DNA of 31,238 nucleotides from a virus (Duplodnaviria; Caudoviricetes): positions 1 through 31,238 of the IMG/VR virus record IMGVR_UViG_3300034965_000022; one strand, 5' to 3'. Below the pieces are notes generated by a model that did not search any database, had not been told where the DNA came from, and worked only from the letters and a program-made list of their open reading frames with translations. Position 1 is the stretch's first letter, and every line of letters begins with the position of its first letter. The position numbers and the translations under genes are program-made. Below, piece by piece: positions 1 to 7,611 of the stretch.

Positions 1-436
1 CGGGAGCTGTAGTAGTAGTAAATGTCCAGTTGATGCCATCTGGACTGGTTGCTATACCAGCAGTCGTTGAAACTGTAGCGGCAACAGCTACCCATAATCC
101 GTTGCCATATGCAACAGAAACCCAACTGCTACCGGGAGTTGTGGTAGTCCTAAATGTCCAAGTGACACCATCTGGACTGGTTGCTATACCAGCAGTCGTT
201 GAAACTGTAGCGGCAACAGCTACCCATAATCCGTTACCATAGGTTACAGAATACCAATTGCCACCGGGAGCTGTGGTAGTCCTAAATGTCCATGTTATAC
301 CATCTGGAGAAGTTGCTATACCAGCAGTAGTTGAATTTGTGTAAGCAACAGCTACCCATAATCCGTTACCATAGGCAACAGAATGCCAACTGTTACCGGG
401 AGCTGTGGTTGTAGTAAACGTCCAATTCACTCCACC
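1..436 (-). repeat. 132-bp (44-aa) tandem coding repeats, block 1, left part (3 units plus a partial)
   Basis: CCCATAATCCGTT recurs at 91, 223 and 355. Unit is WTFRTTTAPGxxWxSVAYGNGLWVAVAxxxSTTAGIATSPDG. Confidence 0.95.
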
Positions 437-1633
437 CTGTATCTTCATCGATCCTACACGGCCTGAAGCACCTGCTACCACGAGAGTATTGTTGCCCTCA
501 TAGTCCTGATAATAGCAAAGGGCGTTGATGGACACAGCGCCTATCAAGGTAGCATTGTCGCACACGCCAGAGCCCGAGTAGTTTGTCCACGCGGCGGTTG
601 ATCCTCTCCACGATCCAAGCTTGCCTACTGATCCAGCCACGACAAGATATTCTCCTGCCTGTGTCATGCAGTTCACAATGTCTGTCGAGATGACTGTTCC
701 ATTGTTTGTCAACACACCACCTGACGACCAGATCACCCATGAGGTTCCGTTGTAGTTTCCTATCCTTCCGTTCACTCCACCGAATACCAAGTAGGATGCA
801 GAACCGTAAGTGTAGAGGCACACAGAAAGTATGTCGCTTGATCCTATGACACCAAGCGTGGCATCACCAGAGTTGAAGATACCTATTCCAGTTCCTGTGC
901 CATCATAGTTTCGCCAGTTGGTTCCATCAAATGAGGCCACCCTTCCAGCATTTCCGGCCACGACAAGGGTGTTGTTGTAGACGATAGAACACGCTATTCC
1001 GCTTGTTCCCAGAGCAGATGAGGATTGGAGCGCCCTGTTGATAGAGATGCTAGGGTTAGACTCCTGAAGGATGATGACCTGATCACCCAAGCGAAGGGCG
1101 AACTCCAAAGAGTCAGAATACTTCATGCCGTTGTAGCGAACGAATGACAGTGAGGTAAAGAATGCCAAGACATTCACTAGGTTGGGGAATGTAATGGTTC
1201 GAGTGTTCAGTTGAACTTGGTCATAGTCATACTCAGTCACGATGATGGCATTGTCGATGAGTGATGCAGTCGTATATGAAGCCGTATCGAGGAAGATATC
1301 CTCGACAGATTCCACAAACAACTGCTTCTCGACGCCATAGGCAGACGCCTGTCCGATCGGCTTGCCGTCAATCTTGATAATCTTATAGTTGGAAACAGTT
1401 GAGTCTACGACAGAGATGGTCTTGCCAGATTCCGTGATGACATACTGTCCAGCCTCTGGATAGGTGGTTTCCTTCTCATAGATATTGGTAACTCCACCAT
1501 CCCTCTCTATTCCCGTGTTGGCAAGGAGAGGAGCAGACATGTCGTCGAACGACCTGAAGTCCTCGCCGATGGTGTCAGTGTTGATAGAGTTCTTGAGGTT
1601 TATTTCAAGCTTGTTGAGATCAAGTTCAGCCAT
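1..1633 (-). CDS. N-terminal part of giant tail (nozzle-position) protein with beta-propeller repeats; runs off the left end and continues at 31238
   Basis: Missing from the ORF track because it has no stop in the window. ATG at 1633 with RBS AAGGAGATATC. Open frame MAELDLNKLEINLKNSINTDTIGEDFRSFDD... to position 1, directly after the adaptor gene. Confidence 0.9.
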   Translation of the reverse strand, partial: MAELDLNKLEINLKNSINTDTIGEDFRSFDDMSAPLLANTGIERDGGVTNIYEKETTYPEAGQYVITESGKTISVVDSTVSNYKIIKIDGKPIGQASAYGVEKQLFVESVEDIFLDTASYTTASLIDNAIIVTEYDYDQVQLNTRTITFPNLVNVLAFFTSLSFVRYNGMKYSDSLEFALRLGDQVIILQESNPSISINRALQSSSALGTSGIACSIVYNNTLVVAGNAGRVASFDGTNWRNYDGTGTGIGIFNSGDATLGVIGSSDILSVCLYTYGSASYLVFGGVNGRIGNYNGTSWVIWSSGGVLTNNGTVISTDIVNCMTQAGEYLVVAGSVGKLGSWRGSTAAWTNYSGSGVCDNATLIGAVSINALCYYQDYEGNNTLVVAGASGRVGSMKIQGGVNWTFTTTTAPGNSWHSVAYGNGLWVAVAYTNSTTAGIATSPDGITWTFRTTTAPGGNWYSVTYGNGLWVAVAATVSTTAGIATSPDGVTWTFRTTTTPGSSWVSVAYGNGLWVAVAATVSTTAGIATSPDGINWTFTTTTAP

Positions 1634-1642
1634 GATATCTCC

Positions 1643-2992
1643 TTAGTAGTTCCAGTAGGGGGCTTCTGGTGATCGTCGCTCTGGTTGTCCCTCATCTCTT
1701 CGTAGAACGGTGAAGAACCTATCCCAGATAGCCGCAAGACGCGCAGTGAGTTCAGCGGTATCGCCCTTCTGCTTGCGTTTATAGTCGATAGCCGACTGAT
1801 ATGCCATGATCTCGTTGGCCTCGTTGAGCGGATACGCGAAATCCGTGTCCTCAAGCACAGAAATGGCAGATACTTCGTACTGATCGTTCACCACAGCTAT
1901 GAAATTGTCCTGTGGAACACCCATGTATGTCGCATTCGTTCCCAAAATGACATCATAGGTGCCCATATACTTGTGCAACACAGATGCCGAGTCCAAATAG
2001 TAGAGAAAATAGCCATCGCCAGAGAGATATTGTGCGATAAGTCCTACAGAAACGCCATTCTTGTACACTGTATTGTCACTTGTCTTTATGAAATAGACAT
2101 CAGTGCCAATAACCGACACGTTTTTCGTCTCGTAGGCGTACAATGCGGCTGAAATGTTGGTTCCATCCAAGTCGCAGGACTTTGTTTCTGTCGAAGTAGA
2201 AAAATAAATTTTTCCGTTTGAGATATTGTATGCCGTCACGGTGCCAAGCGATGTTATGGCCACAGGTGTGATGGTAGAGGTAAGGTTTGTTGATGCTCGC
2301 CAAATGTCGCCCCCTTTGAGGAAGTAAATGTAACCCAAGTTATAGAGGACATTCGACAAACCTGTGCTCGTGTAGAGAGTGTTTGTCTTGTTGAAGGTTG
2401 TACTTTCTACCCTGATGTCTACAGAGTTGTAGACATAAATAAGATAATCTGTCACATCTGAAAGATTCGCGTTCCTTACGCTGAAGTAGTTTGGGGAGGT
2501 GATCTTCTGTGCGTCATATATAGAGTAAGAAAGTGCATACTGATAGTCGGCCTCGGGAAGCGATGGCTTCACTGGCGGTGGGTAATAGTCTATTCGTATT
2601 TGCGATGGCAATCCAATGAGCGAGGATGAGACGATCCAGAGTTTTGATCCTCTCCACCTGTATTGAGGATTAGACATGACTTTGTTCCTATTGTTGGTGT
2701 TGAACTTAGACATGTTTGTCCAGCGCCCATTCCACATGTAGTCAACAAAGCGAATCTTGAACAGGTCGGCAGGGACAGCGAGTTCCCATTCGTTATCGCC
2801 CAACTGCACAGCCGTGCTCGTGTCAAGGATGGCTTCAGAGATGTAGTAGTCATCACTTGAGTCGGTGATCTTATTGTAGATGTCCTTATATGACTCCCAA
2901 AGAGACTCAAGCTCATCTGAATAGGAGATGAACTGTGAGTTTGGTGTGTCTGAGAGCGAGCGGGCTCGTTTTACTATATCTCTTGCCGTCAT
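1643..2992 (-). CDS. Head-tail adaptor protein with a central beta-rich insertion
   Basis: Lies directly after the capsid gene. Helical N-terminus (MTARDIVKRARSLSD...ELESLWESYKDIY) and C-terminus (EIMAYQSAIDYKRKQKGD..L..RL) are typical of podovirus adaptors. The middle has YIYF/KIYF/DVYF/FLYY strand repeats. Confidence 0.7.
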   Translation of the reverse strand: MTARDIVKRARSLSDTPNSQFISYSDELESLWESYKDIYNKITDSSDDYYISEAILDTSTAVQLGDNEWELAVPADLFKIRFVDYMWNGRWTNMSKFNTNNRNKVMSNPQYRWRGSKLWIVSSSLIGLPSQIRIDYYPPPVKPSLPEADYQYALSYSIYDAQKITSPNYFSVRNANLSDVTDYLIYVYNSVDIRVESTTFNKTNTLYTSTGLSNVLYNLGYIYFLKGGDIWRASTNLTSTITPVAITSLGTVTAYNISNGKIYFSTSTETKSCDLDGTNISAALYAYETKNVSVIGTDVYFIKTSDNTVYKNGVSVGLIAQYLSGDGYFLYYLDSASVLHKYMGTYDVILGTNATYMGVPQDNFIAVVNDQYEVSAISVLEDTDFAYPLNEANEIMAYQSAIDYKRKQKGDTAELTARLAAIWDRFFTVLRRDEGQPERRSPEAPYWNY

Positions 2993-3019
2993 GAATTTCT
3001 CCTCGTATACAATCTGCCT

Positions 3020-3029
3020 ATATAGTTAC
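3020..3029 (-). promoter_or_regulatory. GTAACTATAT motif (putative late promoter)
   Basis: Exact 10-mer between the capsid terminator and the adaptor start; one of six co-oriented copies. Confidence 0.7.
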
Positions 3030-3049
3030 CTGTGTTGGGAAAAGTATAC

Positions 3050-3087
3050 AAAAAAAAAAGGAGAGCCCTCTGTAGAAGGGGCTCTCC
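3050..3087 (-). terminator. Intrinsic terminator after the major capsid gene
   Basis: GGAGAGCCC..GGGCTCTCC hairpin followed by a run of ~10 T on the minus strand. Confidence 0.9.
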
Positions 3088-3108
3088 AAAGAAAACTGCT
3101 ACGATAGA

Positions 3109-4491
3109 TTAGGAAACGAAGTTGATGACGGCGTTCTTTCCGGGTGCCCGAAGTGCAAACGTTCCATACAACTGCAAGATAACCTGAAGGACTGGTCCAC
3201 CAGCGGAGAGCGAACCCGGCTGGATGGTAACATAGTCGTCAAAGATGAAGGAGTAGGAGTTGCCCTTCATGTCAGGAGCGGACACACCATTGATAGGCTG
3301 TGATCCGGGGTTGTTGGCTGAAACGCCATCCTGAACAGGAGCATCACCATTCGAGAGCATGGCGAACTCGATCGTCTCTTCGTCGATGATGTAGGCGGTA
3401 AAGCGTGGGCAGAATGGATCGTCATATACCTTGTCAACCCATGAGGTGTTGAACATGTACTTGCTGTCCGAAAGTCCACGGGCGACTTCGTTCTTCTTTC
3501 CCTTCACAGCCATGTCAGTTGCTTGGAAATAGGTCGTCTGGGCATTGGCCTCAGTGATGATGGTCTGGAAGTCATCAGGATTGAGAACGAGCCACTGTGG
3601 ATTTCCACCAGCGTTTCGCACAGCCTTGACAGCGCGAACCACGCAATCCATATACTTCTCGGAAGCACCAGTGTTTCGCTGGACATAGTTACCAGCAAGC
3701 CTGTCAGGGAATACCGACCTGTCTACGCCATAGAAAGCTGTACCGATGTAGGTAGTCCAAGTTCCACCAGTCCTGTTTGCGAGGGTTGGGAGCCACGCGG
3801 TCAGTCCGATAGGAAGAAGAGGGGTAGAGCCAGTGCGGCAACCGTCGATGACGAGCCAGTCAGTAGCCGCCCAAGTCTCAACGGCGGTGGCGGTAAACGT
3901 TACAGATGTTCCGTTGATGGCGGTGACAGTGTTGACAGACGTTCGCAAGGTGGCAGACGGGGTAGTACCGTTGGTGGCCCTGAAAACAGAACCGATGTCG
4001 AGCTTGACAACAGTTGAGAACTGTCCGAGGTCGAGGGTGTTGGAGCCAACGATAGTCGTGATGACAGCCGCGTTTCCAATCTCACCAAATCCCTGTCCAT
4101 AGAGGGCAGTGGCAAACAGTCGGCGGAAAGCCGCAGTGCCATCATACATCTTTACGACAGGAACAGGAACGAACGCTCCACGGATGTTCTCAGAGGCGAG
4201 CACTTCCTGAGCACCTACGTTGAAAATGCTGAAAAGCTGGCCGGGGGTACAGGCAAACTGCACAGAGCGGGAGGTTCCAGAAGCGGCGGCGGCGGCGGCG
4301 ACAGTAGCATCGCCAGCACAGGCTCCACCAGAACCATAGTTGGCCGCGAAGTTGTAGGTCTTTCCACCTACGCGGTTTTTCTTGATCTCACGAAGAACAG
4401 GGGATGCTCTCCAAAGAACCTGCTCCATCTCTTTATCAGTGTACCACTCCTTAAAAATAGGAAGCAATGCACTATCACTGGTTACGGGCAT
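3109..4491 (-). CDS. Major capsid protein
   Basis: 460 aa, follows the scaffold gene, strong RBS, followed by a terminator. N-terminal FKEWYTD..MEQVLWRASPVL..IKK...GGK and C-terminal LYGTFALRAPGKNAVI patterns fit HK97-fold capsids. Confidence 0.85.
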   Translation of the reverse strand: MPVTSDSALLPIFKEWYTDKEMEQVLWRASPVLREIKKNRVGGKTYNFAANYGSGGACAGDATVAAAAAASGTSRSVQFACTPGQLFSIFNVGAQEVLASENIRGAFVPVPVVKMYDGTAAFRRLFATALYGQGFGEIGNAAVITTIVGSNTLDLGQFSTVVKLDIGSVFRATNGTTPSATLRTSVNTVTAINGTSVTFTATAVETWAATDWLVIDGCRTGSTPLLPIGLTAWLPTLANRTGGTWTTYIGTAFYGVDRSVFPDRLAGNYVQRNTGASEKYMDCVVRAVKAVRNAGGNPQWLVLNPDDFQTIITEANAQTTYFQATDMAVKGKKNEVARGLSDSKYMFNTSWVDKVYDDPFCPRFTAYIIDEETIEFAMLSNGDAPVQDGVSANNPGSQPINGVSAPDMKGNSYSFIFDDYVTIQPGSLSAGGPVLQVILQLYGTFALRAPGKNAVINFVS

Positions 4492-4527
4492 AGATTTTTC
4501 TCCTTAGAAAAATAGTTTCATAAGATG

Positions 4528-5091
4528 TTAAAACTTAACATCGCCAGACTTGGCTTTCATTCTGCGAATTTTAGCGAGCATTTCCTCTTGTGGATTAGGC
4601 TCTGGCTCGGACTTCTCAACCTCTACCTCAACGGCAACAGGCTCATCTTTCTTTCCCATTCCAGAAACCTTCTCAAACTTGCTCTTGAGCATGTTGGCAA
4701 GCTCCTGAACTTTGGCGTCAACAGATGCATCATCAGCAGTCTCGGCAGTTGACTTGAACTCCTCAAGCTCATCGTACAGTTTCTCGTAGATGTCTGATCC
4801 ATCAGTCATCTCAGAGTAGAAATCCTTGTATGGCCCCATGAGTTCGCCATACTTTTCAGACATTGAAGAGATGCCAGACATGCGTTCCTTCGACTTGTAG
4901 AGGTTGGTGATCCCACCAATAAGCTCCTCATTCACAAGCTTTGAGAGACTGTCGATCTCCTCATCCATCATTCCAATCTTGTCAAGCATTTGCTGGACTA
5001 CGGCGATAATGGGCTCAAGGCACTCGGAAAGCACAGACTTGATGAGTTCAACGTCTGCTTGCTCATCTGGATTGAATTCGTTCATGTTCAT
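4528..5091 (-). CDS. Capsid scaffolding protein
   Basis: Sits between portal and capsid genes. Acidic and helical, with a short basic C-terminal helix (EEMLAKIRRMKAK) like P22-type coat-binding tails. Confidence 0.7.
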   Translation of the reverse strand: MNMNEFNPDEQADVELIKSVLSECLEPIIAVVQQMLDKIGMMDEEIDSLSKLVNEELIGGITNLYKSKERMSGISSMSEKYGELMGPYKDFYSEMTDGSDIYEKLYDELEEFKSTAETADDASVDAKVQELANMLKSKFEKVSGMGKKDEPVAVEVEVEKSEPEPNPQEEMLAKIRRMKAKSGDVKF

Positions 5092-5099
5092 TTCTCCTT

Positions 5100-5109
5100 A
5101 TATAGTTAC
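5100..5109 (-). promoter_or_regulatory. GTAACTATAT motif (putative late promoter)
   Basis: Exact copy immediately upstream of the scaffold RBS (GTAACTATATAAGGAGAAATG). Confidence 0.7.
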
Positions 5110-5126
5110 AGTTTTTTGCTACCCAT

Positions 5127-6890
5127 TTATTGAGGTGGCATGGCTTCCAAAGGAAGGTTGTTGGTTGGTCCCGGAGCCACTGGCGGCTGGATGGGAGCAG
5201 GTGGGGCAGGAGGAGCCAACGCAGTGTTGATCTCATCCATCATGTCCTTGAGTTGTCCGATAAATGCAGTAAGATTTTCCAATACCTCTGGGTTCTCATC
5301 ATTGGCGTCAAGTCGCAATAGGGTATTGATGGTCTGTGCGTACAGTTGCTGGATGTTGGTACACTCGTAGAAATAGAACTTGCCACTCTCTGGATCGGGA
5401 CCATTCTCTATGACTCGCTCGATAGTCTTCTCGTTCATGTCGTAGGCGGCAGTGGCTACAGAGTAGGCTCCCTCAAGGTCTGGCATCTCCAAAAGCGTTG
5501 AGGCGACAGATGGATCAATGATCTTCATGGCGATAAGCTTCTCAATCTGCTCCATCTTTACTTTGGGGTCTTTCGACAATGAGTTTGACGCCGAGTATTG
5601 TATGTTGAACATCTCCCGTTCCTTCTTGATGTCCTTCCAAGTGGTCACAGATCGAGCCCTTCGCTTTGGAAGAATTTCATCATTGTCTGGGAAAATCTCT
5701 ATCATCCGTTCAGCGATATCCCGCACAAACCTGATGTAGTTTCCAAGAAGCACATTGTGCCGCTCGGATTCGACATCCTCAAGCGTCTGTAGGGCCACAC
5801 CAGAGTTGAGTCCTGATGGCTTCTTCGACTGCGCAGATAGTTGTGACACGCCAACCATGTTATATGCCTTCTGCTCAAACATCTCCAAGAGTTGCAGATA
5901 CATCGGATCAATGATGGGAGGGGTGGAAACTATCACAGGATTTCCGGGACCGGGCTGTGCATTATACTCAAACACATCGCCAATCTTTGACGACGCTATC
6001 ATGCTGGTCTTTAGGTCTGTGCTACGAGGAATAAAGATCATGTTGGCCGGTGAAAGCTGTGTGGCAACAGAAATCTTGTAGGTGATGTCGTCAACCATCT
6101 TCTGGATTCTGTAGATGCCATCGAGCATGGAGTCAGAGAAGGCACCCTTCACTGGGTCTTTGTAGTAAATCCATACAAATGGAGGTACGTCATAGGTGAT
6201 CTTTCGGGTCTGGATAAGGTCGGTTCCAATGAACTTGTACTGAACCTTTCCTATCAGGTCGTAGTAGATTCGGTAGTCCACATAGGCGTTTGGCGTATCC
6301 TCAAGCCGAGCGGCATACTCTGAATCTGACTTGAATATGTCCCTGAGCATGATGAGCGGATACTGCTTTCGCCTGACTTCACATCGGGTGAGCTTTCCAA
6401 ACGTCATCTCGCCTACATCAAAGATAAACTCCCAAGGGCCAATCTTCTCGATAGACTTGTTTTCGTCATTGATCCAGATGACTCCCATGTCAAAAATGAG
6501 AGTGTCTGTGATGCTGTTGACTGCCTTCTTGTAGACATTCTGCATCTCATAATACTCATCAAAATAAATCTGGGCATTGCGGCATGTCTTTACCGTCTTG
6601 AATGTTCCAAGAACTGGATTAAAGAAGGGGCGAACCTTTGTCTGTGAGAGCTTTGACGCTGTGGTGTCTATCGCTGAACGAATGATATTGTAGTAAGGTA
6701 TCTCGCCGACAGTCTCATCAGTCTGGGTGAAGTATGAGACGACATTGCCATAGACTGTCCAGATGTCTTCCATGCGGTTAAAGTTGTTGTAATAGCGGTT
6801 GTAGTTGCGTCGGTATTTCACATCTCGACGCGAAAGAAACGTCTCCATGAGAGACATGTCCTTGATGATATACTCAAGCGTTCGCTTCAT
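5127..6890 (-). CDS. Portal protein (P22-like)
   Basis: 587 aa downstream of terminase. YNIIRSAIDT..SKL, GVSQLSAQSKKPSGLNSGVALQTLED and a Pro-rich C-terminal tail are typical of this portal class. Confidence 0.85.
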   Translation of the reverse strand: MKRTLEYIIKDMSLMETFLSRRDVKYRRNYNRYYNNFNRMEDIWTVYGNVVSYFTQTDETVGEIPYYNIIRSAIDTTASKLSQTKVRPFFNPVLGTFKTVKTCRNAQIYFDEYYEMQNVYKKAVNSITDTLIFDMGVIWINDENKSIEKIGPWEFIFDVGEMTFGKLTRCEVRRKQYPLIMLRDIFKSDSEYAARLEDTPNAYVDYRIYYDLIGKVQYKFIGTDLIQTRKITYDVPPFVWIYYKDPVKGAFSDSMLDGIYRIQKMVDDITYKISVATQLSPANMIFIPRSTDLKTSMIASSKIGDVFEYNAQPGPGNPVIVSTPPIIDPMYLQLLEMFEQKAYNMVGVSQLSAQSKKPSGLNSGVALQTLEDVESERHNVLLGNYIRFVRDIAERMIEIFPDNDEILPKRRARSVTTWKDIKKEREMFNIQYSASNSLSKDPKVKMEQIEKLIAMKIIDPSVASTLLEMPDLEGAYSVATAAYDMNEKTIERVIENGPDPESGKFYFYECTNIQQLYAQTINTLLRLDANDENPEVLENLTAFIGQLKDMMDEINTALAPPAPPAPIQPPVAPGPTNNLPLEAMPPQ

Positions 6891-7321
6891 TTGTTTTTCT
6901 CCTTGCAGTTTTCAAAGTGCAAGTGTTTGAATCTTGCCCTGTATTTTCCTTCTTTTCCGCAATATGGACACTTAACATTTGGCATTAACAAAATATGCTG
7001 GCGAATCTTTTCTTTATTCTCATCGCTTCTCTTCTTATTTTTCCAAACCAAAGATATTTTTATTCTTGACTCATCCGATATTACATATCCAGACCTATCT
7101 TTCTTTGTAGTAGAGTTGTGTAGGGCCGTATGTTCTCCATTGGTAAGAAGTACAAGATTTGAAATATCATTGTTCAATGGATTAAAGTCGGCATGATGAA
7201 TACAATATCCTTTTGGTATATCACCATTTATCTTTTCCCACACATATCTATGAAGTGCCAAATTGTTTTTTCCATAATATCGTCCATTTCTTATGGAAAA
7301 CTCTATTCCATCAACTATCAT
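6887..7321 (-). CDS. HNH homing endonuclease with NUMOD3-like and Cys-rich C-terminus
   Basis: LHRYVWE..NGDIPKGYCIHHADFNPLNNDISNL..LT..EH (HNH_3 type), SDESRIKIS...RSDENKEKIR and CPYCG..HFENCK. More AT-rich than its neighbours. Confidence 0.9.
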   Translation of the reverse strand: MIVDGIEFSIRNGRYYGKNNLALHRYVWEKINGDIPKGYCIHHADFNPLNNDISNLVLLTNGEHTALHNSTTKKDRSGYVISDESRIKISLVWKNKKRSDENKEKIRQHILLMPNVKCPYCGKEGKYRARFKHLHFENCKEKNK

Positions 7322-7323
7322 TT

Positions 7324-7560
7324 TCAAAATGCCTCTTGGTATTTCTTTTGGAGCCTGTCAAGCTGATCATCACGCTTGATATCCAGTTTAGTACCGTCCT
7401 GAAAGGTTACCGTGATCGTCACGCCATTGTAGGCCGAGTTCATCAAATCCCGTATGATGCCATAGTTGATGGGCGCGGCTGACATCTTATCCAACGCCTT
7501 CTGCTTCATCTCCGCGTCATGCAAATGCTTGTATGCCTGTAGCAATACTTTTATGTTCAT
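7324..7560 (-). CDS. Hypothetical protein (78 aa)
   Basis: RBS AAGGAGAAACAG before the ATG; preceded by the late motif. Confidence 0.75.
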   Translation of the reverse strand: MNIKVLLQAYKHLHDAEMKQKALDKMSAAPINYGIIRDLMNSAYNGVTITVTFQDGTKLDIKRDDQLDRLQKKYQEAF

Positions 7561-7574
7561 CTGTTTCTCCTTTA

Positions 7575-7584
7575 ATATAGTTAC
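7575..7584 (-). promoter_or_regulatory. GTAACTATAT motif (putative late promoter)
   Basis: Exact copy in the intergenic gap after the terminase stop. Confidence 0.7.
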
Positions 7585-7611
7585 CTAAAATGCGTCAAAA
7601 CTGACACAGAT

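Noticed and set aside
1-436. Diversity-generating retroelement signature in the repeat array (variable codons often NNT/NNC, e.g. AAC/GGC/AGC/GTC and AAT/GTT/GCT/ATT)
   Set aside because: No reverse transcriptase, Avd or non-coding template repeat is present. Several changes (ATA, GCA, TAC, ACA>ATA, synonymous C/T) are not adenine-specific. A trans-acting host DGR cannot be fully excluded.
3100-3130. Programmed frameshift or readthrough extension of the capsid protein
   Set aside because: No slippery sequence at the stop, and a strong terminator follows within ~25 nt.
4283-4300. (GCG)6 trinucleotide run in the capsid gene (poly-Ala)
   Set aside because: Short and in frame; no evidence of phase variation.
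6887-7330. Group I intron around the HNH gene
   Set aside because: The HNH ORF abuts complete genes on both sides, leaving no space for a ribozyme core and no split gene.
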